Part shown: piece by piece, positions 40,401 to 54,257 of the stretch
How the letters are laid out: the number at the start of each line of letters is the position of its first letter
Numbering within the stretch: the stretch's first letter is position 1
Source: Mizuhopecten yessoensis
Lineage: Eukaryota
Direction: 5' to 3'
Length of the DNA stretch: 64,000 bases
Assembly: GCF_002113885.1 (NCBI RefSeq)
Contig: NW_018407191.1
Coordinates: 1,134,123-1,198,122 of the forward strand
Translations under genes and position numbers: made by a program
The notes under the pieces: generated by a model
The model's database searches: none
The model's input: the letters and a program-made list of their open reading frames with translations, nothing else
What the model was told of the DNA's origin: nothing

Positions 40401-43400
40401 TTTAGATATATTTGTTTTCTAGCCTTGGTTAGCAAGGATCTTTCTCTAATATTTTTATTTCTTTTAATCTTAATAATAAATTTTGTCTTTGATTTGCTTT
40501 GTTGAATGTGGTTCTATAGAAATCTATTTAATGACACCAAAAAAGGAAAAACTTTCCTTTTTATTGAAATCTGATATTTAGATATTGGTTTTATTTTTTA
40601 ACATGTTTTCAATAACAATTGTAAGAAATTCTATATACAAAGTAGAATCATAATGGAAGCAAATTGTATTGTAATATATTTACTTGAAAATGTTGATAGA
40701 TATATAGATGGTATGTCACATGTAAACCTCCTTGAAATTATTTTCAAGTAACCATAAATCTCCCTTATTGATTCCAACAAAGTCAATAGAGGCTACAGAA
40801 TAACATATATGAGATAACACTGCATTATATGTAATGTTATTTCTGTTTTAAATGTTTTACTAATTTCTGACTAATGCAGAGAAAAAATCTCACTATTTTT
40901 GACCAAATCTCACTAAATATTTGGTACTGTGATCTCACTACTTTGCACTGGAAGGTTATGGCCTGTATGTCAAAACTGGCTTTTGCTTGTCCTTGTTTCC
41001 ATCATTTTCCCATTCTATCGATATATTCTACGGTGATATATATTTGTTGATTATATATTATCATATGTGTTGATTATTTCATACTTTTGTAATATAATAA
41101 ACATAACAAATCAAATTACTTGTACAATAAACACATCACAATATGTAATACTACTGTACCTGTGGTACTGTGTATTTTGAAATGGATTTAACTACAAAAC
41201 CGGGCCCTTCTTTGACAAGGCATTTTTAATTATAGGGGTCAATCCCCTCCCCAAAATTATTCCAGAAAACCATGCCAGATACAGGACATGTATGTTTTCA
41301 AGTAAAACTGATATTTTTTAATTAATATTTACGCAGTGTAAATGAAACTTAGGTTTCAGGAATAACATTTCTCTAACATGCAGGTTGTGATTCTTTTTCA
41401 GATGAATATCCAGAAGGAAACCGGTGAAGAGTTCGGAAAGAAGTTTGACGACGTCAAAGAAAAGCTGAGTGGTGTAAGTAGTGAGGGTCAGATTAAAATG
41501 ATATTAAACTTGTCACATAACTTCAGGTGATAAAATAAAAGGATTCTGTGATGTAAAATTCTTAGTTTCACAGAAACGTAAAAAAAATGCATGGGGTTTC
41601 CGTGTCAAAGCTATTCTAGAAATAAACATATAGCAAATTTTATGATATTGCAAAGGAAGGTATTTTTTAAGACCCGCCTCAATCATAGTTTACAACTATT
41701 GATGTTAATTAGATTATACAAGTGCCTCCCTACTGTACACAAAGCTTAATGGACAAAGTTATAGCAATGTTATTGGTTAGATTAAGCTTTTATTCCATAC
41801 TATTATCAGGTGATACAGTGTACTACTAGAAATCTGAAATCAAACTTCATATATTGGATATAATGTAAGGAGTACTACACCAACAATATAAATGTAGGTC
41901 CCTGTGACCTATACTTCCATGTCACTGACTTTGGTTAGACTTTGTATAAGAGGGCAGCGGTGGCCAATTTGTTAAGACATCTGACCGTCTGTGATCACTA
42001 GCCCTCCACCACTGGTCACAGGTTCAAAGCCTTCATGGGGCAGTTGCGGGTACTGGTCATGGGTTCAAGGCCTATTCTCCGGTTACTCCAATTTTCCTCC
42101 ACCGCCAAAACCTGGCTCATCCGTAAATGACCATGGCCTACTTGTATAAAACATCTCAACTCTTCAGATTTCCTGAAGTCTAAGATTTCTCATAGACAAT
42201 ACATTGCTTGAGATTTTTCTTACTTTGAGATTTTTAATACAAGTGGCCCCAGCGCCGTTAATAGGACGTAAAACACAAACATACCAAACTTTGTGTAAGC
42301 AAGAACAAGGTCATAAATGTATTTTCACAACATTTTCTAGATTATCAAAGTAAATAGAACTTACTTCAGTTTTTAGTGTGCTAAATTATTATTGTTTTAA
42401 TAACATTTTGTACCATGTATTATGTTTTGTTGTTGTAGACCTTCAATGAATTGTCTGAACATGAAATGGCCAAAAAGGGGAAGGAATTCACAAAGGAAAC
42501 GCTGAAGTCTGCTGGTAACTTGGCAGATACCTTGTCAAAGGGCGTGACAAAGGGAGGTCAACAATTAGGACAGTCAAAACCTATACAAACTATATCAGAA
42601 GTAAGTAAAAGGAATTTTGGTTCAAAAGTAATTTAACAAAACATGTACTGCATCAAATTTATCAGTTATGGACTTTAGTTGAGGTAAATATTATTCAATT
42701 ATAGCCTTTGGCTGAGGTAGATACCTGGATTTATCGACCTGAGAAAAGATATATTAACAGAGGATGCAGTCCGAGGTCAATATATCTTTTCTCGGATCGA
42801 TAAATCCAGGTATTGACCAAAGTCAAAAACACATCAAAAAGCTACGGAAGAGGGACGATAAGTTCGTTTGGAGACACATCATTATTCTATTTTTAGAAAC
42901 ACCCAGTCCTTCAACAAAAATCATGCACTCCAAGTCAATATCGGTTTTTATCGGTGGACACGTGATTCACTTCTGGTCAATCACTTGTCGAGAATAATAT
43001 GAAAAAATAATAAGTAGTTATATGAACCTGAGAAAGTTGATATTGACTGAGACGAAGTCAAGATCAACCTTTTCAGGTCTACACAAACACAGATTCACCT
43101 CGACAAAGGTCCATAATTGTTATATTAGAAGATGCTAAATAGTGTTAAAATCATTAAAAAAAGAAAGAATATATGAAAATTGTTGGGCGAAAATACTGCA
43201 TTTGGTAGAGAGTATTGTGATGGTACAGTTGAAATGACATCATAAACCAAGTTAATATCACAAGTCACCAACCTCATCTTAATTATGATCCAACCAGAAT
43301 AGAAATATATATACTTTACAACTTTTGAGATGTATATGAATGAGGCAAAGATATAGCAAGAGGTTGATATGAATAATATAGAAATGACAATATAGTGATT

Positions 43401-46400
43401 TAAATTTGGGTCATAAAGTTTAAAAGCATTGCAAAAATTTAGAGTTTCAACTTGCCAGTAAAATGTCATGCAAATCAATGCATTTCATATAAATGTATTC
43501 GAAAATAGAAATGATGTCTGTTAAATTGAATATCAAATGTTTATATTGAATATCAAATTCATAATGCTGATACAATGTATTTGTCTGATCTGATGCAGGC
43601 TGTGAAAAATGAACTGAAAGACATAGATACAACAAGAGCACAGTGCTACAAGAAACCAGGTAGGCTTTACCAGGCTTTACAGGTTAGTACACACACTGTG
43701 AATGTCCTACATAGAATCAGTTGGACTGTACACACAGACTGTGTGTATACTTGTCATTATACAAAGTATTGGATGGGATTTGCACCTTTGTACATAAATA
43801 GTGTGTATATGAAGTAGACCTGTGAGTTATATAATGTTCCTACAGCCTTAGAATGTTACAAGGAAAGCAATGATCAAATCCTGAACTGAATACAGATGGT
43901 CTCGACCAAAATATACATAACTGACATTGTGTATGTATAGACATACCAACACTTTTAGCTCTGTGAAAACTAAAATTTACTAAAATTCTTCCCCTTCAAG
44001 CCCTTGTCGTAATATCACAATAATACATTTTTCAGTACATGTTCTACCAGATTGTATTAAGAATGATTTGATTTGCTTTTTCAGAGGTGCTTCGAATGCG
44101 ATCTGAAGATTCTGTTAACTTCAAGAGGAAAGAGGAAGTAGCACCTAATGAGTAAGACGTTGTTTCTCACATCATCAAATCATACTTTCCTGACAAAGTT
44201 CTAACTTGTCTGAATACCAAGTGATGATATGAAGTCTGAATGTTATTCATCTGCTTCTATAACAGACATTTACAGTAGTATCAATGTCAACTGTTTTACG
44301 ACATTTTTCTCTTCTGTTGGATTTAATTTTATCAATTCATAAGTAAAGTCTGGAATGCGACAAATTTCTTTGACATTCTCAACAATACTTAACTGTCATT
44401 TGATTATATAATAACATGCATTGTCCTGCACTCTATAGATATTAGATGATATCTTCAAAAACAATTCTGACTGGTGCCGTTTTTGAAATGTTCATTTTCT
44501 GATTGATCAAATAATAATGGTGCTATACAAATGAAAATGCATTAATTGTTTTTTAGCAAAATTGAATAAATAACAACTAAATCATGTGAGTGAAAAGATG
44601 AATTTATATAAAATGACCAAAACTAAATCTGGTAATGTTGTGTCTATTAAAGATATTTGCATGTTTTTTACATAACCAGAAAAAAATAGTCCTTCCTAAT
44701 AAGTAATCATGTGGATTAGTTAGCATTAGTGAGGAATGTATTGTGATTCGCACTGCATGTAGTTTTGTTAGTTATTTGATATCTATAAACTCCTCCGATA
44801 TAATTACTGTACTTGTTTTACAGAGAGGACACTGGGATGGTTCTACATAAAGATTCCAAATTTTACCAGAGTTGGACCAATTTCAAGGATAATAACCAGT
44901 ATATAAATAGTATGTATTACATCTACAATAACTTCCTGGCTATGATTTATATTATGGGAGATAATTTCCCATGTGAATTAACATCACATGGTACATCACA
45001 CTGTCCTTATTTACTTTCTCTTTCTCAAGCATCAATTCTTGAGAAGGTTTTACTAGAGAATTACCGCAAATTCATATGAAAAACTATGGCTGACAATGAC
45101 GCTATCCTATATATCTTAAGGAACAGAGATAAAGGAAGGTCTGATAAAACAAAACAAAACTACACTGAGTGCTGTTTATATTGAAAGGCAGAAGAGCTTT
45201 ACATTGATTTTCACTTCATGTATTTTGCTTTCATCATTTAGGGTTTTGATTTGACATAATTGTGAATTGTAATATGCGGTTTGTAGAAATGTTTGAGCTG
45301 AAGATGAAATACGACGAGAGTGATAATGTGATGGTACGGGTTACCCGGACGTTTACAGACAAAGTCAGCGGTTTACTGAGTAAGTATTCTGGACGATCGG
45401 GTTCCACTGAATTACCAGGAGACAGAAATATGTCTGATATATTGTTTATAAGGGGATATCTCCGGAGTAAATGTGTCTGATATTTTCTTTTTTTACAAGG
45501 AAATGTCTCAGGAGCCAATATGTCTGACATTCTCCTTGTTTACAAGGGGATGTCTCAGCATTAAATATGCCAGACATTTTCTTTGATGAAAAGGGGATGT
45601 CTCAACAGTAATTTTGTCTGTCCATTCTCCTGGTTCAAAGTAGGATGTGTTGGTATTAAACATGTCTGACATTTTTCCTTGTTCACAGCAAATTTTCTCA
45701 ACAGCATGCATTTCTGACATTCTGAAGTTACTAGGGGATGTCAGTGAGGGGCCCAAGCTTATTTATTAGAGTTGTTTTTCACTTTTTTTATAATATGCAC
45801 TGTCAATGTGTCCTGAATTTGTTATTAGAACTGAAATATTATTCTATCATTTCAGGTGGTATGTTCACAACAACAGAAATGTCAGAAGTTTTAACAGAAA
45901 TCTGTAAAATAGATCCAACATTTGATAAAGAAAACTTCATCAAAACCTGTCAGTTAGACTTCATTCCAAACATTTTAGAAGTAAGTATACCATCGCTATA
46001 CTCACGTGACACAGAGTTATTTCCCTTGAGGCCTACATTCATAAGGCTGTGTTAACGTTTGCGACCATTGTTTTTGATGCACACATGTAAGTATTCTTCA
46101 AAAAGAAAATTTTAGGTTGAAAAAGATTACTGTAAACCAATTTATTTCTATGAATATTTTTTCAGCTGTGTCTTAAGCCACCTGTTTTCTCTTCACAAGT
46201 TTATGCTCAAAAGTATGGTCTGACAAAAGATGAGTGATTGAAGTTAAAAGATGAGAATACAAATGTTCAAATAGTGTTATGCTTCTCTAGATCAATGAAG
46301 CCTTTTATCATAACAGTGAAATAGTAAGCTGTAGGAAATAGGAAGCTGTAGGAACAGTGAAATAGTAAGCTGTAGGAAATAGGAAGCTGTAGGAAATAGG

Positions 46401-49400
46401 AAGCTGTAAGAAATAGGAAGCTGTAGGAAATAGTAAGGCCAAACAAATTTAATTACTTGGTTCTCAGGCCAATTTTAATCAAAAGAGATGAGGCAGGGAG
46501 GTTTAAAAAAATCATTTTACATGACAAAAATGAGACGAGGGAGATTTTTTTTTTATTCCAAACAACTGTAGTTTGTAAAACATCCGAAAATCCCCCCACA
46601 ATGTTCCAGGGGGGAATCATGGACCCCCATTCCTTATTTGTAGCGAAATGAGCCCCATTTGTACACAAGATTAATAAGTCATATTTGTTTCAATGCTTGC
46701 CTGTATATCATTATTCAAACGTTTTCGGGACTTGGGTGACTAACGAGTAAAAACGACATTCGGACCAATTTTCCAGATTTTTTTTATAAGACGGTGGCTG
46801 GCGCATTCACAATTTTTTTCATTACTTTCACCATAAAATTGGCAATGCGGTGCCCAAAATTGAAATGCGTGTGGGCCTGAGAACCAAGCAAAAACAAAAA
46901 TGACCTAAGCTGTATGAAATAGTAAGTGGTAGGAATTAGTAAGCTGTATGAAATAGTAAGCTGGAAATAGTAAGCTGTAAGAATTAGTAAGCTGTAGGAA
47001 TTAGTAAGCTGTAGGAAATAGTAAGCTGTAGGAAATCGTAAGCTATAGTAATTAGTAAGCTGTAGGAAATAGCTTTGCTTAAGCTTTGATATAATGTCCC
47101 ATTTTTCATTTGCCACCTGACTTACCACCAACAGATGTCATGGTATCTTTCCCTCATTTCCGGACAATAAATTCCTCAATATGTCTCCCTTTATATATTG
47201 CCAAAACCATTTAACCCCAAAATATAACTATACAATTTGAGACAGTTTTATTTAAACGGTTTCAGTGTTACTGCACTGATGTTTTTTTTTTAGAAATCCT
47301 TCTTTGGAAAGAAATTATCTCTTTCACATTAAAATGATTATTTTAGCTACGGTTAACTGATTTCTAAAGTCCCCTGTGTTGGAGCTGTATTCCTCTGCTT
47401 TTTGCCTCGCCACCACCATGTGGAAGCGAGGCTTAGGTGTTGCTTTTCCGGAGGCGGCATCAACATTAAGTTTTTGTGTTTAAGTATAAAGTATAAGTGC
47501 TGGACAAACAAAACTTTGACCATAGATGCATCTTAGGTAGTACATCTCAACCCATACATCAAATGCTGGATACCGCCTACCTTTCATGGTCCATTGACTT
47601 TGTTAGCATCTCCATCAACATGAAATTTTTGCATTTAAGTTAGTTTCTCTGATATGTGCATTGATGGTCATTAAGCGGGGCACAGGCGAGACATATCAGG
47701 CTTGTTTTTTATATCAGAACAGTTTCACTAATGCTGATATGTCTTTCCTTTCAGGCAACTCTCAGTGGTGATCTTGAAATATTAAAGGATTGGTGTTATG
47801 AAGGGGTAAGTGTTTGAATGTAAAGATTTAAAATTAACAGCTACATATTTTTCTATAGAGAAACATAGTGTTACATTTGAAATTAAAACATAGAGAAAGA
47901 AATAGGAAAATGATGACTGAATTCTTAAGAATATGGTGAAAACTGTCTGAAAGAGAACATAACTGCTGTAAATTTGAATGTTTTGGTTTAAATTAAAAAA
48001 TATTTATGTTTATTGAAGATAAAAAGGCTTTAAAAGCCTTCTTTTTTTCAGAAGATGAAAAGATAATTTTGCACACTTGTCAGAATAATGTTTCCTGTTT
48101 TTGTTTCTTTAACCAAAAGATTTCCTTGTAGCTGAATTTGTTCAGACCGTAGGAAAACAACATAATAAGGTTCAAAAAGTGTAAAGTTTCTATTCAACCT
48201 TGCTGTACGCATGTGGCCTTTGGCCAAGCTATACTTATACATCCCTTTGACTTAGTTACATGTTTGTGTGTCCAAATGCTAATTTGTTATTTCAATGAGT
48301 AATAAAAAAATATTTGTTGCAGGCTTTCAACGCATTAGCACATAATACCAAACAGAGGCAAGCAGTAGGCCTTAGATTAGATCACAAAGTCCTGGATATA
48401 AATAACATTGAGGTATGTATATATTTGCAGTAAAACAGTTATCAAGTTTTAAAAATATAACCTCGGCTTACATTTCCCCTCGTTAATTATTTCCTTAAAT
48501 AAGTCACAAGTTTTAAAAAATTTTCCTGTTTCTGAGGAATTTCATACTCTAAGCATTAAAACCTTTGTTAACTCACAAAATCACCAGAATTTTTAAAATG
48601 AAATCATATACAGTCAGGAAATAATACCATGTATAGTAAAAATTTATTTAATTTTATTAATAACTTAAACTTTCATGAGGTGAAGATCCTTGGGTAGAAT
48701 TAGAGAAATTTCTCAGAAATAACAAACAAAAAAAACCTACATAACGCCCTCACTGAATGTGATGTTAATGGACAAAGGACTTTGTCATATCAGGTCATGA
48801 CTATCAGAAAATAAGGTAACAAACGGACCAATAATTGGCAAATGCTGGTTTATAGAAGAAAGTACATGCATGTTTGTAATGAGAAGAAAATAAATCATTT
48901 GTACATGAAGGTTCAAAACCTGTTCTTTTCAAAAGTACAATATCCTCGTTTCCTCATTGTTTATATCAAAGCTGACATCTTGGTCATTAAATATTTCATG
49001 CTGATATATTTCCCATCATGGAGTCCCTATGTATGTGTCATGCTTGTTCTCTGGCTTTACAGGTCGTTGGTGCAAAGATGATGGAGCAAGGCCCTGTGCT
49101 CATTATCACTTTCCGCTCACAGGAAATACGGGTTATCCGGGATGTGAAGGGAAAAATTGTAGAAGGACATCCAGTGAGTAAAAATTTATTATAAATGAAA
49201 ATATTGATATCAGAAATATCTTTACTACTTGAAATCATTTCTTCAAACAATATTGTTGTAATTTTAGGTACTTAAAAAGCAACTTAACTGAATTGTCTTA
49301 AGTGATGCAGAAAACAATGAAAGGTGTGAAATGCCTTACAGAAAATTTAATAGAATTGATTCAATATAACATGAACCCGTCCATTACAGAATTCAAATCA

Positions 49401-49840
49401 AGCATTTGTTTTCTGAGATTTATTACGTTTTGAGGGAAAAAAATTGTACTGGATTCACCATGTTAATTCACCTAAACTCTGTTCTACCTGTATACTGGGA
49501 AATTTTCGCCTTTTTTCGTCTTCCTTAATGAGGGCAAATTTATCAGTAAAGGAGGGAAATATGAGTTAACATCTGCATGGTATATATAGTAGTTAAATGT
49601 GAAGGGCGAAATTAGCACTGGGCAAAAATTTTGTTTTGTTGGCGAAGGGCGAAAAATTGCATAACATTACCCGGTATTCAGTAAATCTGCTTGTGTCTAA
49701 AAATATTGACTCTGTTTCAGGACACAGTAAGTCGGATCATATACGTGTGGGCACTGTGTAGAGACCAGGAAGAGTACAGTCCAAAGGCGGCCTGGAAACT
49801 TCTGGACGTCTCGGAACAAATCGGAGAAATGTGGCTGTAA
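37456..49840 (+). CDS. TIMM44: Mitochondrial import inner membrane translocase subunit TIM44 (~449 aa, 15 exons)
   Basis: Exons 37456-37512, 37959-38048, 39189-39275, 39461-39538, 41402-41473, 42439-42600, 43599-43659, 44085-44151, 44824-44909, 45287-45379, 45856-45980, 47755-47805, 48323-48412, 49063-49173, 49721-49840; phases consistent, 1350 nt. Motifs LHKDSKFYQSW, KYDESDN, EMSEVLTEICKIDPTFD, GDLEILKDWCYE, KMMEQGPVLIITF, YVWALCRDQEE. The first two (presequence) exons are less certain. Confidence 0.95.
38782..38966. mobile_element. Tc1/mariner-type MITE remnant
   Basis: TA|CAGTCAAAC start, repeated TTAAGAGACCACCT subterminal motifs, TTTGAC end. Confidence 0.5.
41951..42287 (+). mobile_element. 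SINE carrying a nested ~114-bp MITE (42135-42248)
   Basis: TSD ACTTTGT(A/G)TAAG; nested TIRs GGCCTACTTGTATAAAACATCTCAA / TTGAGATTTTTAATACAAGTGGCC split the SINE tail. Confidence 0.8.
42686..43125. mobile_element. Double-hairpin non-autonomous element
   Basis: Hairpin 42721-42812 (ATACCTGGATTTATCGA...TCGATAAATCCAGGTAT) and a related second copy at ~43020-43120. Confidence 0.55.
46318..47071. repeat. 17-bp tandem repeat split by a transposon
   Basis: AAATAG(T/G)AAGCTGTAGG units at 46318-46436 and 46906-47071. Confidence 0.85.
46437..46905. mobile_element. Non-autonomous DNA transposon with TAA TSD (Harbinger/Zator-type)
   Basis: Imperfect TIRs sharing CTTGGTTCTCAGGCC; TAA on both sides; removal restores the 17-bp unit. 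Confidence 0.8.
47398..47706. mobile_element. Short Helentron-like (HINE) element
   Basis: T-run plus GCCTCGC...GCGAGGC hairpin at one end, CTTGTT at the other. Confidence 0.5.
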
Positions 49841-50383
49841 AAGAAAGTATTACAGGCATTGTAGAGACTAGAAAGACCTCACGCAACAGACATTGGGACT
49901 TCTTCACACAGCAGACCACCGATGTTTTTACATTCAGAAACTTCAGGAATATTCATATCCTATATACAAGGACTATCGCAGATCTTGCCTGGAAAATATT
50001 TTTAATCCAGCAGTATGCTTGATACACAGAGATTTTTTTAGAGAGATGCAAAACTATTATTCACTGCAATTAACCCTTCTACCACTGTAGACCTCAATGG
50101 ACTGAACCAGATCAATTCATGGAAGAGTTTACTAAAATTACATACGGGTGAAAGGGTTAAACATTTGTAGGTTTCGATAGGATAGGATTCAGTTTAATGA
50201 TTTACATTTGCATGAAAAATGTGTGTTCAGAGAGTTGAGTTGTGTCTGTGATATGTCAGTAGGCAGTTCATGTATGAAAAATAACATTTCTGTTTAGAGA
50301 AATGATATTTATGATGATGTAGCAAGCAGTTATGATAATGTTATTAAACAACTTCTGTGAGAGTTCATCAAGTGCTTTACCAG

Positions 50384-50606
50384 GGGCCTGTTCGTTTATG
50401 TGGAACGAACGGTTTTTCTGTTTTTAAATGTAACATTTTTGGGTATTATTACTAGCAAACCTGCAAATGTTTAAGCAGGCCTTGTAAGGCTTTGTCAAGG
50501 CTCACCTGAAAGCAGCATCAGATTACTAGGTCTGACCTTATTTCATAAACGAACAACTCTGGTCCATCCGGTTTAACCATTTGGACCACGATAAACAAAA
50601 ATGGCC
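50384..50606. mobile_element. ~220-bp MITE (Harbinger-like); further copies at ~50760-50945 and 52361-52573
   Basis: Three homologous GGGCCTGTTC..AAGGCTTTGTCAAGGCT.. copies; CAG/CTG flanking triplets. Confidence 0.7.
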
Positions 50607-51750
50607 CAGCATGTTCCATGTCTTACAAAAATTCAAGTGAAAGGGACTACTTCCTTCTCCCCTAAACCCCACGTTAAGTAATATTTTTGAAGCCATAGAT
50701 CAAAGATGGCGAAAAGGAAATGAATATGTAAATTGAGCACTCCATCGTTCTTTTACCTGGAGCCTGTTTGTTTATGCAGACCAATCAATGTATCCTTCTT
50801 TTTTTTTTAAATGTGATATTTCGAGGTTAATCCTAACAGACCTGTAGATTTCAATGCAGGCCTTCAAAGTCTTTGCCAAGGCTTGTCAGAAAACGACATA
50901 AAACCACTAGGTCCATCATTATTTCACAAACGAACAACTCTGGTCCAATCATTTGGAAAACCTTAAATGAAAAACAGCCTTGGTCTCATTTGATTTGCTG
51001 TCTGACTATTCTACGAATAAAATACTTTACCATACTTCATTTTTCCTCTTTCTCTGAATCATTCCAGGAATTATTCAGATATTCAAACTTTTAATTTTAA
51101 AAAGATTTAAATTGAATTTAAAATTCAAGCTTTTATCAACAACAACTAAAAAAATCTTGTTTCCTTACATTGTTTACTTTGTTTAAGTATACATATAACT
51201 GGTTGATAGCGAATATTTTTCAAACAAACTTTATCCAGCTATTTGAGTTTTTCTGAGTAATAAAATGAAGAATGATTTGTGAAATTGTGTGTGAAATTGT
51301 ATTTAAAATTGATAGAGTAAAGCAAAAAGATATAGGTTTAAAAATACATTTACTGTGATATTGTTGCAAAGTATTATAAAATTATTATCGACTATATGTT
51401 CCTATCAAAAAGAATCATGGTCAGTTTTCTTATCGTCTGCAAAGTGTGCAAACTTTTTTTTCAATGCCAGTGACTTACGTAATGTCTGTTATACCAAACA
51501 TTATAAGTAAGATAACTTATTAACGCATCGGTAAATGTTTCTAAATTGAATAAATGTACATTTACTATATGAATGTATTTGAACTAGGTAGACAGAAGTA
51601 AGTATCCTCAGGATTATTGGTCTACGTTATACATACCGGTAATGATTATAAATGTTGGCCTGATTTTAAAAGAAATAAACAAATAATGTTTTTACATTGA
51701 GTTATTGTTGTTTACTTAATGTATGCCATATAAATGCTACTTTATGTTGA

Positions 51751-51838
51751 GTACTACCGCAGGTACTATAGCCTCGTCTGTCAGTACACCTTATATTATA
51801 GGTGTATTGACGGACGAGGCTAGTACCTGTGGTACTAC
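51751..51838. repeat. ~88-nt hairpin downstream of TIMM44
   Basis: CCGCAGGTACTA-TAGCCTCGTCTGTCAGTACACCT / AGGTGTATTGACGGACGAGGCTAGTACCTGTGG. Confidence 0.75.
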
Positions 51839-53315
51839 AACTAAATAAAATGTATTTACTTACGTTAGAATTTAATGATTTTCAAAGAAGAAAAAAATCC
51901 TGGTTGTCAATTTTTCCCTGAACCAAATTACATGTAGGCTTGCAATAAATCAGTATGTTAAATTTGTGTCGGATTATTTAAACCTGTGTTAATGACATAA
52001 TATTTCACTTTATCAGAACTTTACAGGGTAATACATAACACTTCCATTACTCATTTAGGAAAATGAAACTTCATTATCCCTTCACAACAAGGCCATGTAG
52101 GGGAGGCTGACAATATTTCAAGGTAAAGTTCACAGCTATGGAATCGTGAAAATTGTACATCTAGATTGATCACAGGTTTCTGACTTACGTTACGAAAATC
52201 GACACAAGCACTCCTAACATCAATCTCTGGAGCTCAGGTGAAAGTCAACAGCTACAAAGTCGTAATTAATGTGATGATGAAAAACGGAACTTTAGACTTG
52301 GTTGCAAGTTCCAAACTAAAAGTTTTCAACTAAATGGGAAATTTCACACAATTACTCCTGGGGCCTGTTCATTTATACGGATTAACCGGTTTGTTCGTTT
52401 TTAAATGTCACATTTTCAAGTATTAATCCTATGACCTGCAAATGTTAAAGCAGGCCCTGCAAGGCTTTGTCAAGGCTCGCCTGAAAGCACCATCAGATTA
52501 CTAGATCCGACAATATTTCATTAGCAAACACCTCAGGGTCCAACTGTTGGATCGCGATTTAACAAAAGCGGCCCTGATGTCAGTCTCTGAAGACCAGTAG
52601 AAGGTCAAGGTCAGAGTTACAGCTACAGAATCTTTTGCATGATGGGATAATTTGATATTTGGCATGTCTGCAGATTCATGAGTAAGCTAGGTTTTCAACC
52701 AAATATCATGTACATTTCCTGACATCAATCTCTCAAGACCAGCTCAAGGTCATACATGTGTACAAGGTCAATGTCATTGCTACAGAATCTACAAGATTAT
52801 AGAAAATTGCCTTGTTCACACATTCCTGATTAGTTTTCAACGGAATTTTCATGAAAATCCACATAATTATTACTGAAACCAACTCAGGATACCAGGTCAA
52901 GATCAAGGTCACAGCTACAGAATCTAACATGACAATGGAAAAAATGTCAACCCAACAAAGCTTATTTCATAATTATTAACACCTGATCCTGCTTTACTCA
53001 TTTGCACATATCATGTACATATGTATTTTAAACTTCCACTACTATTGCAGACGATTAAGTAGATATGTATGTCATTCTATCAGTCAGAATCCAGCTCCCA
53101 CAAGGATGTCGGGGGGTGTATGTGTTAATTTGTGTAGTTTATGGTATCCTTGTCAGGTTTGTCACACTCAACATTCTATAAGCTTATAACAATAGTGTTA
53201 TCTTTTGTTGGTCTGTAAGACTTCCCAGCCTGTTCTGGAACCACCAGTTTGGTACAGCTAAGTGGACAGGTACAACTAAAACTTACACTAAACCAAATTA
53301 GTCAGTGGTATGCAG

Positions 53316-54257
53316 ACAAGAGATCCCAGAGGGATCTTGGCGCCCACATTTGTACCATCTTCATTAGTTCTCTTTGTCAGTTCGATCTTTTCTCTTCTTT
53401 CCTCTAATCTGTTTGATCGAGTCATGTTAACAGTAAATGCACCTTGAGGTAACTTTTGATCTAAACTTAAAACTGATGTGTATGAAAGCCAACCTTCAAA
53501 GTGAGTTTGTCATTTCACATATTTACTAGTACAGTACTTAATGTGAAAGAAATATAATCGATCATTGCAATATTAGAAAGATCTGTTTAGTTCTTCTTTT
53601 AATCCATTTTGTTTTTATGATCAGTCTCAAAATATAACATGCACAACGAGACATCAAGGGGAACCTACATATAAAATTTGAGAAAGATCACTCTGGTACT
53701 TCCCGAGAAATAGCGATAACAAACTTTCACTATCAAAATCCAAGATGGCTGCCTGTCGGCCATGTTGTTTATCCGATCAGTCTCTAAAATTGCCCTGCAC
53801 AGCTAAGACCAAGGGGAACCTACATATAAAATTTAAGAAAGATCCCTCTAGTTTTTCCGAAGAAATAGCGGTAACAAACCTACACTATCAAAATCCAAGA
53901 TGGCTGCCTGTCGGCCATGTTGTTTATCCAATCAGTCACAAAAAATGCCCTGCACAGTTAAGGACCAAGGGGAACCTACATATAAAATTTTAAAAAGATC
54001 CCTCAAGTACTTCCGGAGAAATAGTGATAAACTTTCGCTATCAAAATCCAAGATGGCTGCCTGTCGGCCATGTTTTTTATCCGATCAGTCTCAAAAGTTG
54101 CCCTGGACAGCTAAGGACCAGGGAACCTACATATAAAATTTGAGAATGATCCCTCTGGTACTTCTTGACAAATAACGATAACAAGAATTGTTTAAGGACG
54201 GACCACGGACCAATGTTGATTTGAATAGCCCATCATCATCAGATGGGGGGCTAAAAA
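53316..54257. mobile_element. Helentron-like (HINE) element with ~155-bp internal tandem repeats (~3.5 copies)
   Basis: ACAAGAG start plus palindrome, repeat units at ~53655, 53810, 53966, 54118, GGAC microsatellite-like stretch, terminal hairpin AGCCC...GGGCT then A-run. Confidence 0.75.
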
